NCBI GenBank assembly: GCA_951406725.2
Contig: OX597819.1
Span: 93,268,001 to 93,516,000 of the forward strand
Length of the DNA: 248,000 nucleotides
Source of the DNA: Octopus vulgaris
Taxonomy: Eukaryota
Reading direction: 5' to 3'
The notes beneath the pieces were generated by a model. The model made no database searches. It was not told the DNA's origin and saw only the letters and a list, made by a program, of their open reading frames with translations. Numbering within the stretch: the stretch's first letter is position 1; every line of letters starts with the position of its first letter. Shown piece by piece: positions 158,001 to 173,700 of the stretch. The position numbers and the translations under genes were made by a program.

Positions 158001-160276
158001 TCTGTCCTTGTTCGTCCTCTCTGTGTTTAGCCCCTTGTGGGTAGTAAAGAAATAGGTATTTCGTCTGCCGTTACGTTCTGAGTTCAAATTCCGCCGAGGT
158101 CGACTTTGCCTTTCATCATTTCGGGGTCGATTAAATAAGTACCAGTTGCACACTGGGTTGATGTAATCGACTTAATCCGTTTGTCTGTCCTTGTTTGTCC
158201 CCTCTATATTTAGCCCCTTGTGAGCAATAAAGAAATAAGAAACGTTAGCACGCCGGGTGCTAACGTCTGTCTTTACATTCTGAGTTCAAATCCCGCCGTG
158301 GTCGACTTTGCCTTTCATCCTTTCATGGTCAATAAATTAAGTACCAGTACCGTACTGGAATTGAACTAATTGACTAGCAGCCTCCCCCAAAAATTCGTGC
158401 CTTGTGCCAAGAGTAGAAAAGTATACATGCAAGAACACACACACACAGAGGCGGAGGCTTGGCTGTGTTATAACGACATAGTTCAGGGCTCAATTCCACC
158501 AGGCAGTACCAGGATCAGTACCAGGCTTTCAAAGAATAAATCCTGGGTCGATTTCTTCGATTAAAGGCGGTGCTCCAGCGTGGCCGCTGTCAAATGACTG
158601 AAACAAATAAAATAAGATATATATATATATATATATAAACACGCATTGAGTCGAAACAGGGGCAGCTGAAGAAGGGGAATATTCCTTGTATTGTTGGTCT
158701 TGTACTCTGTTTTTTCGTTTTAACAAAAGTCCGTTTCCTTGTTTGATTTTCTGTTTTCGTTTCTCATTGTGTTCTACGTTTATTTGTGGTGTCCTGTACT
158801 CATATATGCATGTATATATACATATATATGTATGTATGTATATGTTTTATTTATTAAATTATTATATATATATATATGTATATATGAATTTATAAATTAA
158901 TATATAAAATATATATATCAGCGGCAAACACGTACGTATACGAGTCGCCTAACTCTCAGCATTCTAGGTTCAAATCACACCAAGATCAAATTTGCCTGTA
159001 TATATGTGTATACACACACACACACACACACATGATTAAACTCTAGTTCCAGTTCGAATAACGAACACTCGCTGATAGTTTTGGTTTTCGTTGTTTTCTT
159101 CCTGCTTTTATTTTACCAGGTGAATGCCACGATAAGTTATTTAGTTATCTTTGTGTTTAACAGTTTGTAATTTAACTTAAAGCTAAAAGACTAAAAAGAA
159201 AACATCTAGAAGGAAGAATGCCAAAGGAAAAGCAAGTAACAGAAAAGATCTCGAAGGCTGTACGTTCAGAGGTTGACTTTTACGTCATTCGGATAGTAAC
159301 GGAACGTGACCACATCTAACTGCTTGAAACCAGTATTATAATGTTTATGTTTATAAGTACATACGTATGAATATATAATTATACATACACACACCGACGT
159401 CACGCGCGTGCGTACACCGATGAAGCTTTTGATTAGGTATTACGATATTAATAACCTGCTTTTAGAATTCAACGCACGTAAATAAAACGGTAAAGTTTCT
159501 TTCTCCAGTCGTTCCGATTCAAAAGGGCAGATTTTCCGGTTCCCGGTTTTCAGGTTTCCATGGCGTGTATATTCCCCTCCTGGGCAGGCCGCCGGTCCGT
159601 CGCAGGATTACTCATTTTTGCCAGCTGAGTGGACTGGAGCAATGTGAAATGAAGTGTTTTGCTCAAGAACACAAACGCTTCCCCTGGTCCAGGAATCGAA
159701 ACCACGATCTTACAGTAATGAGACCAACAACCTAACCACTAAGCCAGGCGCCTTCACAACATATGCGTCAGAATAATGCGTGGGGCATATACAGAGCATT
159801 AAACGGAATGAAATTAACGCAACAGGGATTAAGAAGAAGCTACGAGTTTATCCTCAAGCACATAGCTCTGGTATTGGGACTGCTTCATTACCTAACAGCT
159901 GTTTCTGCTATAATACCAGGGACTATAAAAATTTACAAGACCTACTTAAGATTTAAAAGATGAAGGTTTAAACAAGACATTTTCTTTCACAAGTAGATGG
160001 CAGGTCAAAATTTAGTAGATGGCAGGTCAAAATTTAGTAGATGGCAGGTCAAAATTTACTCTAAATTGAAAAGAGGAAGTCAAGAATGTGTGTGTGCGCG
160101 CGCATGTGTGTTGCGTAGCTGTGTGGTAAGAAGCTTGCTTCCAAACAACATGTTTCCGAGTTCAGTCCTACAGCGTTGATTCCATGTGCAAATGTCGTCT
160201 ACTCTATCCTCGCGCCGACCAAAGCCTTGGGAGTGAATTTGGGAGACAGAAACTGAAAGAAGCCCGTCGTATATAT

Positions 160277-160315
<39 letters not shown>

Positions 160316-160493
160316 TGTGTGTGTATGTATGTATGTGAATGTGTGTCATTGTGTCAGCGTTTGTCCCCCTCCCTCGCCACCATCATCGCTTGACAACCGA
160401 TATTTGCTTCCCTGTAACTTAGCGGTTCAGCAAAAGGGACCGACAGAATAAGTACTAGGCTTAAGAAATAAATACCAGGGTCTCGATTGTTCC

Positions 160494-160524
<31 letters not shown>

Positions 160525-160688
160525 TATTTCACGTTCATGTCGAAATTTCTTAATTCCTATGACGTCAACGATGTATATTTTTGTTTTCTATTTGTGTCTT
160601 TCGTTGTTCGAAAGAATAGTTCATGTTCCAGGTACTCGTGTTTCGTATTTTTTTGTTGTACATGTTTCGTGGCGTCCTGTGCCCACAA

Positions 160689-160722
<34 letters not shown>

Positions 160723-160780
160723 GCATAGATGTACATATACGTATCTATATATGCATATATATATTATTTATATATATGTA

Positions 160781-160824
<44 letters not shown>

Positions 160825-161711
160825 CATATAAATATATATATATATATATATATAAGTATATATATGTATATATATATTATTTTATAGAAGGAACTTCTAC
160901 AGGACTAGAACTGTTTCATTCAGATGAAATCTTCATTTAGTATATATGTATATATATATGTGTGTGTGTGTACATATATATACATACATACATATTCTTG
161001 ACGTCATAAGAATATATATTTATATACATCGTGCGTATATGTAGATCAAGAAGAAGGTCGCACGAAGCCGAGTCCTCGACGCGGTTTTGATTTCCGATAG
161101 AATATTTAAGTCGTTAATAGTTGTCAAAGAAACATTGATGTTAGACGACCGTATTCAGATCTATAATAAATTTGTGAAATATGTGTTTCGACGTCGTAGA
161201 AGACAAAATCAATATCTAACACAGTTTTGATTTTCATATTTAAAGGACTAACAGAGGTGTAGACTTGAAGTATTTTATTTCAAGCGAACGCGGGGTGATT
161301 ATCATTTCAAAGTTTCGCTCGCGGCAGCTTATCAGTTCTATTTTACCATTGAGGCAAATAAGTTTTTGTTTCTTGTTAGAAAAGTTCACAGCCGGCTTAT
161401 GTGAGCTTTAACGTGAAATTTGGGATTATAAGAAGCTTTAAAATACAGGAGTAATCCCACAAAGAACTCAATACGCATGCAGAATCTAAATATATCATTC
161501 ACTGAAATGCAAGGTGACAGTACATTTCTGTCTGACGAGCTACTACTGGCGAAACTCAGAAGAGTCATGCTTGTGTGTATGGGTGAATGTATATATACAT
161601 GCAATACATAGTTATAAAAATGTATTCATATATACTTACGCTTATATATATATATGTGTGTGAGTGCGTGCGTGTGTGTGTGTGTGTTTGAGTCTGTGTG
161701 CACATGCATAT

Positions 161712-162274
161712 GTAGATTTTACTCCACTCTAAACACTTTGCAACGTTTGTTTTGAAAGTAGTGGTTTTCTGATTGCAGTCCTCCCGTGAAATCCAGCTTT
161801 GTGCAGCTCCCGGCGAAGAGTTTTTGTGGAAACTGGGTTCTGGAGGTGGTCATTAAGCTCTGTAGTAATTTTGGAAGCTGTACTTTTGTGATACATTCTA
161901 ACAATCTGTGTAAGAATCTGACGGTCCCTATCTGAAAGATTTGGTTTTCTTCCGGAGTTTTGTTTCGACGAGAAGGTTTTTCCCTCTTTCTCTGTCATTA
162001 CTTTCGAGGCAGTACTTCGTTACGCTAGCGCATGCCAAACGAGTACCAACAATTTGACCTCTTTGAAAGTCCGATAGATCTGTCATTTTAATGAATTTTA
162101 ATTACCTTTTCCTGATGATATCTGAAAAGAAACAGCAATTTTAGCAAAACATATTAAGCAACACTAATAATAAATCAAAAAACATAAAAATAACAAGCTT
162201 TTGACGGTTTTATAGAGATTTCAAAATTATGATGCTATGGTGTTAGGTGTTTCCATTGTTTTGTCCAAACCCTG
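161712..162274 (-). mobile_element. 5' half of a Tc1 element
   Basis: TIR cagggtttggacaaaacaatggaaacac after TA; SGRKPNLSDRDRQ.L..IVR…TLRRELHKAGFHGR.AIRKPLLS. Confidence 0.85.
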
Positions 162275-162574
162275 TATATATGTGCGTGTGCATGTATGTA
162301 TGTTTATATATATATATATATATATATTTATACACATATATGTGCGTGTCTATATATGCGTATGTGTGTGTATATATGTGTGTGTGTATATATATGTATT
162401 TATGTATGTATATATGTGTGTATATATATATGTATATATATATGTGTGTATATATATATATGTGTGTGTATATATATATGTGTGTGTGTATATATATATA
162501 CTCTTTTACTCTTTTATTCTTTTACTTGTTTCAGTCATTTGACTGCGGCCATGCTGGAGCACCGCCTTTAGTCG

Positions 162575-162628
<54 letters not shown>

Positions 162629-163168
162629 TGCATGTATTTATGAATGCATGCTTGCATATATATTCCGAATTTAACGGTGAATCAACTCCGCACACATTGT
162701 TTTCCAGTTCATTTCCTTTCATATCCCTACACGTTGTTAATACCTCAGGGATTAACAAAAAACAACACATGAATGTTCCAATCCTCATTCTTTTCGCACC
162801 GCTACATCTTTAAGGGTTTACGCCCAAAACATACGAGATAAGGCCCGAGAAACCACTGCAATGCAACAGCATTTTTCTCGCTTATATATTATTGTGAATC
162901 AATATTAAACGCTACGTCGAAATGCGAGTATAATGTTCTACATGAAGACAACAACAAAAACGACAGCCGCAACGACAACAACACAAATATATATTATATA
163001 TATAATATATGTGCAACAAATGTGTGTGTGTGTGTGTGTGTTTATTCGCAAAGATTTAACTATTTGCTTGCATGAGTTCATACAGCGATAAAATAGATAT
163101 AAGCCTTCATCTAAGCGTTACACCATCATTCATGAACGAACTAATATGATCACGATATATTTAAATAG

Positions 163169-163261
<93 letters not shown>

Positions 163262-163411
163262 CCCATACATATTACATACACATATATAAATTTATATATG
163301 TATGTATATATGCATATATATATACACACACGCACATATATATATATATATACATATATATATTTATTCATATATATACATTTATATATATATATAGATA
163401 TATATATATAT

Positions 163412-163666
163412 GGGTGTGTGTGATTGTGTATAGAAGAATATATTAATAAAAAGAATTCCAACCTTGTCTGATTTTCACGTTTTATTTACGATCTTATAAT
163501 GATATATTATAAGATAATATATTATAATTGAATAAAATAAAATAAAATGAAATAGTAGAATGTTAAATATTCATTCTGATTGAACTAGTACTTTCATGCA
163601 TTGAATTCTGCAATCTTCGGGTTCATGTAGTAGTGTTGACAGTCATGCTTCACAATTTTTGACTGT
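163412..163666 (-). mobile_element. Solo pLTR of the PLE2 family
   Basis: Near-identical reverse complement of 59620-59874, flanked by TA microsatellite. Confidence 0.85.
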
Positions 163667-163822
163667 ATATATATATATACACATACAAATATATGTAAGC
163701 CCGTATCTAAGGATGTCTTTACGTATACACGATTATGCAGATACATATAAATACGTGCATTGCATACATATACATGCGTATTTGTATGTATGCATGTATG
163801 TGGAGCGTATGCCATACCGTTA

Positions 163823-163863
<41 letters not shown>

Positions 163864-163990
163864 GTATGTGTCTATCTATCTATATCTCTCTCTATATATA
163901 TATACACACACATATACATACATACAAGTGTTTGCACACATATATACATACACGCACACATAAGCCCAAATATAAATATACGTCTGTCTG

Positions 163991-164023
<33 letters not shown>

Positions 164024-166645
164024 GTATATGTATGTATGTATATGTATATATTCATACATATTCGTACTTATGTGTATACGTGGATATTTGTATGCATGCA
164101 TTTAATTTTAAATATTTAAGATAGGTCAATACAGCATGCATTTTAAATATGCTTCAAACAAACACAACGTTAGGATGTCATCCCTTTCATAGCTCACGTA
164201 TTTGCAACTGTAAGTGTACTTCCAAATTCAAACACGCATATACTCTGATACCCTTTCATGTACCCGTATGTATGTTTGACCACTTTTAAACAAATTCATA
164301 TGGATCAAGCGATTAAGTATGCATACATATTTGTGTGTGTGTGTGTGTGCGTGGGTGCATGAGTCGGAGGAGAGGCTGAATGGAGAAGGGAAGAAATGGA
164401 AGGAAACGTAAGCGATGTTTAATTCCACTCGAAGTGAACGTTTCCAATCGGAAAATCCGAATTTCGCGTGTTCCTAGAAGTGGCCGTGTGTGTGTGTGTG
164501 TGTGTGTGCTGTACAGACGGTATTAACCTCTGTACATAGGTGATGACCAATTTAGAATCGAAAAAGAAAAGGGCACCTGCTTGAGAAAGAAACGAACCAC
164601 AAACCTTATTGCTCGCTGGGCAACGGTGTTACCTATTCACAAACGAGTACTTACATTATTAAAATGCCTGAGTGGATACAGTTCACGAATATGTTTGAGA
164701 GGCAACAGCTTTTCACTTTTTGCAACATTAAATTTTATACCTCTTTATTTCTCGAATCAGAAATATATAAATATTTATCTATGTGACAACATACACAAGT
164801 TTCTTTAATTAAATATGTTTGTTCCTTCTCGAGCCATGCCTGGCTCATAAGAGCCGGTTTCCCGGTTACCTTGGCGTATAGGTTCCCCACTTGAACGGGT
164901 CGCCGGTCCGTCGCAGGTGAGCTGCAAGATGCAGGAGGAAAGAGTGAGAGAAAATTGTGGCGAAAGAGTCAGCAGAATTTCGCCATTACCTTCTGCCGGA
165001 GCCACGTGGAACTTAGGTTTTTCGCTCATAAACACACACATCGCCCTGTCTCAGATTCGAACCCGCGATCCCTCGACCGCGAGTCCGCTGCTCTAACCAC
165101 AAGGCTACGTACCTCCACTTAATTAAATATACCAGCCACTTAATCTCGAACAATACTTTTTCACAAACCTGCAATATAACACATTAGTGCATTGTTTTTT
165201 TATTAAGTAATGGCAACGATTTTTAATGTAAAACGATCTTTGTTGTTAATTTGTTACGTAACAACGAATGAGTAGATGATATTTTACCATGCAGGACGTT
165301 TTTACAAGTAGCTCGATCCCTTAGTGCTGAGTGGCAGAACTTACCAGTAAAATAAGTGAGAAACATACGGATATTATTACAGAGCAGACAGATATTTAGA
165401 AAGAGCAGATCTGCGAAATAAGAGAATACAAATTTGATGTTTTCTAATTTCCTTATTGCCCACAAAGGGCTACACTTAGATGGGACAAACAAGGACAGAC
165501 AAACGGGTTAAGTCAATTATATCGACTCCAGTGCGTAACTGGTACTTATTTAATCGACCCCGAAATGATGAAAGGCAAAGTTGACCTCGGCGGATTTTGA
165601 ACTCAAAACGTAGCGGAAGACGAAATACCTATTTCTTTACTACCCACAAGTGGCTAAACACAGAGCGGACAAACAAGGACAGACATACGGATTAAGTTGA
165701 TTATATCGACCCCAGTGCGTAATTGGTCCTTAGTTTATCAACCCCGAAAGGATGAAAGGCAAAGTTGACCTCAGCGGAATTTGAACTCAGAACGTAACGG
165801 CCGACGAAATACGGCTACGCATTTCGCCCGGCGTGTTAACGTTTCTGCCAGCTCGCCGTCATAAGAGAATACAAATTTGATGTTTTCATCCTCGCAAGAG
165901 ACAGATCTGTGAACCGAATCTCCTCAATGAGTTTGATCGTTTTGCAACTTAAAATTAGTATTTTATTGATGGGATGAGAAACGCGGCAGTAAGAGAGGAG
166001 GCGGATGATGTCATATTTTTATTGCAATCGTTGAGTGCGATAATTTTCATATTTGTAAATCCAAGCGCACATACGCACATTGATATTCTCAAGCCTTCAT
166101 TTCCACCATTTTAGGTCACTTTGACACATCCAACGAAATATTTCTAGGATTTGCAATTAATTCTTTATAGTTCGCATTTCTGATCGAGATATGGGTATGT
166201 ATAATTATTAGCTACCATGTTTGTTCAATACAACAAAAAAAAACAAAAAAAAATAATGAACAATATACAACATATACACATGCATATATCAGGACATATT
166301 CAGACATATGTACACACACACACACACACACACACATATATGTACAGTTACCTAAATGTATATAGATATATAGATATATATAGATATGTATGTGCAAACG
166401 CACATTCACACACTTTTACGCTTACGCCTACATACATACAGGTTTTATGATTTTGTGCCACGTGAGTGTTATTTTTTTATATATATATAAGTGTAAAACG
166501 CTGTTTGTACAAATCTGGTGTGAGTGGTTTGTTTTGTTTAATTTTATTGTGAGTATGTAGCTCTGTAAAAATCACAATGCAGCGACTGGTTTAACTCGTA
166601 GCTACAAATACAAATATTTACCTCAAACAATATAGATAGACAGAC

Positions 166646-166715
<70 letters not shown>

Positions 166716-167879
166716 GTGTGTGGGGGTGGATGAAGGGCAACAAGATGGAGAAGTTTAAATGTACTTTACGGTTGATACTCAGCATGAAATCCTATCGGTT
166801 GATGCCCGAGGAATCATGGGCGAGTAGGCAATTTTTGTAAGATTTTTATTCACAATAGAACAATTGGCTGTATTTGGAAAGTAACCAGCACGCATTTTGC
166901 AAAAAAATATGCAAGCCATTTCTTGCTATTGTTAGTATTATCTAAATTCCAGCAAGAATTTTCGCCTCTTGCTAGAAACCAGCTGCTTCTTCATATAAAG
167001 AATCCAAATATTGTTAAAATAAACATAGTCTTTACAAAAAGCAAAAGACAACGGACATTAAATTTGAGTTCAGCTGTAATATTTTTCGCCTGAATTCAGA
167101 GCTGGATTTAGCAGACTGATATCTATGGCCTCAGACTTTAGAAGGCCTCGGGCCAAGATATGTACTTATACGATTATTTCTGTCTATCAGCCCTTTCACG
167201 CTTATTCGTTCATTCCACTCTTCGTTCTTTTGCTCCCCCTCTCTCACATTTCTTTGCCTTCTCTTCTTGCCTACTTTCCCTCCACTTTTCACTTCACTAT
167301 GTCCCTGTCATTTTTTCTCGCCCCTCCTTAATTCTTCTGTCCCTCTGCTTCTACTTCTCTCTCTTTTCTTCCCACGTGACCGGCGTTCGGCCAAGCCTGT
167401 TCTTTCTTTCTTGGTCTGGTCGTTGTCCGTGCAACATCGATATTCTTCCCAATGTTTGTGAAAGTTTTGTATCTCTGCCGTAAGGCTTCATTTCCATACA
167501 CGCCAGCTTAATTCAATTCGTCCTTAGTCGAAAGACACCTGTTGTTATGTTCTGTTATTATTTTTATTGCATTTGTATTTGTGTAACATTGTCCGTTTAT
167601 TCCGTCTTTGTCTTTGTATACACTCGCTGCTTTCTTCCAAGGAATCTAATGCTCTTAGCTTAGTTTTTCCTTGGGGCTGGCCAGATTAGAGCATCTCAAG
167701 TATAATCAGCCGAAATTGCGAGGATAATTTGGTGCTTGACTGAGGAAAGAAAACTTCGAATGACTCGTCCTTGTTTACTTTGTATCGTCTATCTGGATGT
167801 TTTGTAGTCCCATTTATATATCACCTAGCTGCCTGGATGTTTTGCGTTCTTGTCCCATTTTGTATTTTAGAGTAAAAGA

Positions 167880-167918
<39 letters not shown>

Positions 167919-167942
167919 TATGTATGTATGTCTGTATGTGTG

Positions 167943-167995
<53 letters not shown>

Positions 167996-168284
167996 GTGTG
168001 TGTGTGTATATATATATATGTGTGTGTATATATATATATATATGTGTGTGTGTGTATATATATATATGTGTGTGTATATATATATATGTGTGTATATATA
168101 TATGTGTATATATATATATATATATGTGTGTGTATATATATATATATATGTGTGTGTATATATATATATATATGTGTGTGTATATATATATATATGTGTG
168201 TGTATATATATATATATATGTGTGTGTATATATATATATATATGTGTGTGTATATATATATGTGTGTGTATATATATATATATA

Positions 168285-168326
<42 letters not shown>

Positions 168327-169053
168327 CATGTGTGTGTGTGTGTGTGTGTGTTGATACCGGTGTGAATGGTTTTGTTAAGTGGTGTCGAGTTTTACAATTC
168401 TGTAAATAATAATAATGGTATTTTATAAGCTTAAAGCTTATAGCAATCACCGCGCAAATGACTAAAGAAAATAGTCTAATAATGGGGCATATAAGCCTTC
168501 GACAGAAAAATGTAGGCTTTCCCGTACGGAAGCCTATAAACAGTAACACAGATGGGTTATTGTTTATTCTTCATCTAACTCGAAACCTTTAATGCGTTTG
168601 GATCTGGAGCCTATATACACGACGGTGGATTATGTGCAGTAGCGTACCGATGTGTGGTTTTCAATACACGTCGTGTTATCAATCAGTATTTGTGAATGTG
168701 TGCGTAATTAGAATGACAAATCTGTATTTACATTAGTAAGTAAATATATGTCAGTACACGTTGTTAGTGCACAGGTGCGCTATCCCCGACTGTACCTTGT
168801 TGTTTTTACTATTTAAATGCCTGATTCTATTGGATCTTGAAAACTTATGATACCTATGTATGTGTGTATGTATGTATGTATGTATGTATGTATGCATGTA
168901 TACATATATATATATATATATATATGTAATGTGTGTGTGTATGTTTGTATATGTATATATGTAATGTGTGTGTGTGTATGTTTGTATATGTATATATGTA
169001 ATGTGTGTGTGTATGTTTGTATATGTATATATGTATGTGTGTGTATATGTATG

Positions 169054-169086
<33 letters not shown>

Positions 169087-169101
169087 CCATGTATATATAT
169101 G

Positions 169102-169132
<31 letters not shown>

Positions 169133-170393
169133 ATATATGTGTATATATATATAACAATTAAGTAACACGGATGTGATGTCAAGGTATTAGTGCATTACGG
169201 CCGTTTCAAGCGGCTCCATTTAATCGAACAATACAAGCATTATATCAATTTGAAATGCACCGCCATCTTCGGATGCATAAGGCCATATAGGTTTTCGACA
169301 TACTGGATACTCCATTATAATTTTTAGTAAACATTTCATCAGAACTAGAGAATGAAAGAATTACATGTTGCTATTATTATGGCAGAATCAACTTTGGGAG
169401 AAAAATACCCCAACTATAATTTGGAGTGGCGGAAGAGAATAACAATGGGGGTCATTAAATGGTAATATAGCTACAATTTTCATCTGTCTCCTTATCACCA
169501 TCCAAAGATCTAATGCAGCCAGTATTCTCCGTCTACTAAGTATATATATATGAGAGAGAACAAAGTGTACGTGCGCCGCTAGCCGAAATTGTGAGGATGA
169601 TCCGGTTCTTGACTGAAGATAGAGGGCTTCGAATGACCCGTCCTTTTTGTATCGTCTATCTGGATGTTTTGTTGTTCTTTTTTGTATCACCTAGTTGTCC
169701 AGATGTTTTGCGTTCTTGTCCCATTTTGTATTTTATTTTATGTGTGTGTGTATATATATATATATACGACTGGTTTAAATTGGGAGAGTTCAGTCAAGCG
169801 TGACTCAGCTAAACACCAGTAATACTAAGGAAACAATATAGCTCCGTTTAGTGGTTGCCCAACTTCACTATGTTTACTTTGGGACTGAGACATCAAAATT
169901 GTTGCCATCGATTACTATTTGCAAGTTCCTTTTGTGTATAAAGCAGTTTCACATTTTTATTGTCCCCGAGACAACTGAAATGTTATTGGTTCTGCTGAGA
170001 TTTTGCACAGGAGATTTTTCGAAACTTCAAAGTTTCTATACTTTATTCCATATAATTTTTGAATACTCACATTTTACCTGTAAGAAAATATCAAAAAGTT
170101 CAGATTCTTTTAACACCAGGTGATTGAAGAACCCAGTGCATGCCCATTTGAGATAAGGTGGTGTGGTTTTATTGCCGTTGTTGTTCAACAGATCTGTCAT
170201 CAGAACCATTCTAGATTGCGACTATTCCGTTTTTACGTATATTGTGGTCTTCGGGGTATATGTACATATTAGTTCCAGGATTCGCTAAAATCTAAGTGCA
170301 TCAACAGGTACGATACCATAACACTGAATTCACAATGAGGTAAAACACAACAGATGTAGTAAATTTTAAACCCCATTTGTGTTCTTCTTCATG

Positions 170394-170430
<37 letters not shown>

Positions 170431-170470
170431 GATCTCAGATCAAATTACTTCCTATGCGAGTACATCTCCG

Positions 170471-170506
<36 letters not shown>

Positions 170507-170658
170507 GCATGCGCGCACATACATGCATACACACACATAAATTATCATGTAAGCATAGTAGATGTACATCATGGACACTCTGCGTCCTTTAATCAAGACT
170601 ATAGAGAGGACATTTTACACCAATTTCTAGTAAGTGTGGAGGCTCTATTGTTGGTTAT

Positions 170659-170772
170659 ACAGAGTTATACAACGGGTTATACAACGGGTTATACAAAGGG
170701 TTATACAAAGGGTTATACAAAGGGTTATACAAAGGGTTATACAAAGAGTTGTACAAAGAGTTATACAAAGGT
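170659..170772 (+). repeat. 12-bp minisatellite (GGTTATACAAAG)n
   Basis: About 9 units visible. Confidence 0.9.
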
Positions 170773-173700
170773 TACTGTTAGTTTCTAAGTTAAAATTCCA
170801 TACAAGTCCTTCCTTCAAAGATATTTCAGATGTAAACTAATACCTATATAATTCTGAGGGTTGTATCTATAAAAGTTCTAACGTTTTAAAGAGGTTGAGT
170901 TGATCAATAAGCACGCGTGTTCCCGTGAATGTTTTCTGGGTGCTTTTAATTCATTTGTGATTTTAGTATAGGAAAGAAACCCAAATTTTCTACCGGTTGA
171001 GAATAGATATGTTCCATAAAATTAACAATACTCCCTGTGATCTCGTATTTTATGCGTTCATAAATCAATTACATCAGACGCCTACAGTTGCTAAGAGTTG
171101 AGCAATACGGGGAGGAGATGATCTATTCAAGTACCAGATCCTACAAATGAAATCCCATACTGAGCTTATGACTACATCGAACTGCATGACATTGTTAATA
171201 ACAATAAGACATAAACATTTGCGTATTAGTATGTTCATACATTTAGTAAAGGATGCGTAGTTCACATCGAAACGCATCGCCTGCTAAGCGAATAAACCTA
171301 CCACAATTATATAACGGGAACATTATATTTAGCAAAAGATGAAAGGCTACTTGTTAAATCAAAGAATGGATATATTTCTCCTTGTTGACTAAATACTTCT
171401 AAAACTGTAGATGTTGTTGTATCTTACATAACAAAGTAAATTAGCACTACACAGAATTTAATTTCTGTGCATTATAAACGAATCTTTTTCAAGTACAAAG
171501 CTGCTTTTGAAAAGGGGAGAGTAATGAAACCAATCACCTCGATAGCTACATGTGACTACATTGAACGTATAAAATATTTATTTCCTTTCTTATACCGCCA
171601 TCACCAACGGCAACACCCTCACCACGTACAAATATATAATAATGATTTCTTAATTAGAAATTATGCCCTCGAGGTCATAATGGAAGCGATATGGAAAATT
171701 GAAACATTCATAGCTAATCTAAGAAGGTTACTGGAATAATTGAAGTGGCTCGAATTGGGAATTAAAGAAGAAGAGGAAGGAGAGGAAGGAGAGGAAGAAA
171801 ACTACAAATTTTTAGATTCGATTCGTCGAGAACTTACTGTTGCACTGCGGGATATAAAGTTAGATTGTTGTAGAGTATAATCAATTCACATCCGTCAGTA
171901 CCATGGCGACCCCACTAAATCCAACAGACCGTAGGGCCATAAACGACGAGTTTATTTTCAAGTGATGGTGTATCTAAGACAAATCAGATTGATAGAGAGA
172001 CACTAGTTATCAGTAAGAAGAGTTGAATTTAAGACAGGCGGTGATAGCAGTCTTCAAGACAAGTTGGCAGGTCACAGTCACTGAAAAGATTGCAAATGGC
172101 GACGAAAGAACTTTGACGAACGAAAATATATGAACGAATGAATTAATTAATTAATAAACCATTGACTGTCTAACAATCGAGTAGTTAGTCGAATAGATAT
172201 TTAACCAATTGACTGGTAATAAAGAAGTGAAGTTGAACCAGCGCGTGTGTTAATATTGGCGTAATGACTCTCCCAAAACCAAACAAAATTTGTTTTAACA
172301 TACGAATTCACATAAGGAATCTTACAAATCAAATACAAAAACGAAGTTGAATTTAAATTATACAAAATAGCAAACTCTCAAGATTTTGATGAAACTAACA
172401 AAACACTCGTGAATTTTATAGTGCTGCTGCTGCCTGCAGCATTGTCTACATTTTATTGATTTCTGCACTATTGTTGTTGACGATACTGCGATCAGATGGG
172501 CCTATGATTAAAAATGCTCTTTACATGATATGAGCGTGGATGGCCTAGTCGGGTCCCTTGGTAACATCTTTTAACTTGCTTGTTGTAGTCATTGGACTGC
172601 GACCATGCTGGGGCACCTTTTTGATGGACTTTGTGGAACAAATCGATATCAATACTTATTTTTATATCAGGTATTTATTCTACCGGTTTCTCTTTCTTGT
172701 CGAACAGCTATGGTCTGTAGACGCAAACAAACCAACACCAGTTGTCGAGCGGTTAGAAGGGACCAACACATGCACACATACATAAACACATACATGCACA
172801 TATATACGAGGGCTTCTGCACAGTTTGCATCTACCAAATTCACTCACAAGGCACTGGTCAGCCCAGGGCAATAGTAAAAGGCAGTTGCGCAAGGTGATGT
172901 GTAGTGGGGCTGAACATATCAGTAATATTCAATAGAAGCGGTATTAAATTAAAATAGTCATCTACGTATCATGCATAATGTAAATACATTGTTGAAAGGC
173001 AAATTTACTGTGGTGTTCGTCCAGAGACAATATCCCTTATGGATGTGCTGTGTTAAAAAAACACTATATGTATTAGATGGAGACGAAAATGCATCGGTCG
173101 ACCAGGGTCTACTGTAGAAGATATTCGCCCGAGGTGCCACGCAGTAGGACTGTACCTGAAACCACATAGCTACAAAGCGAATATCTCACCACACAACCAA
173201 CCAGTAATATGCTCAGATCACAGCAGTAGAATCAATTAAAAATTGTGTATTAAATAAGTGTTTATTAAACCATTGACTTTTAGTTGTTGTTGTTTAGTTA
173301 ATAGTCATTCTGAGCAAGGTGATATAAGATCGAGGATATTCCAACCATAGCCACCCTTCATTAAAAGGAATAAAAATAATGGCATATACCCAATATACCA
173401 TTCCTTTTATTTATACGAGACGGCAAGCTGTGATTTGAAAGGTATTTGGCTGTAACTTGAGTCATTACGTTGAAGTTCCCTCGTTTTATTGTCTGCATAT
173501 TCATTGAAAACATTTGTAAACCAATCGGAAATTAAAGAAACCAAAATAATAAGGGAGATTCGAAACCCTGTTTAATAATACCCAAGTGCAAGAACTGGTC
173601 ATGACCACATCTTGATATGTTTCATTTATAACCTAACTTTCATTGGAGAAATGTCTATAAACTTTCCCTCCGTGTTTTACACGATTTTATTGCTTTGAAT

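Noticed and set aside
169590-169740. CTGA(A/G)GA…TTCGAATGAC..GTC motif in the family at 39.8, 167.7, 169.6 and 179.5 kb
   Set aside because: It is hammerhead-like (variable N7), but has GAAU instead of GAAA and stem I does not pair; not supported without modelling.
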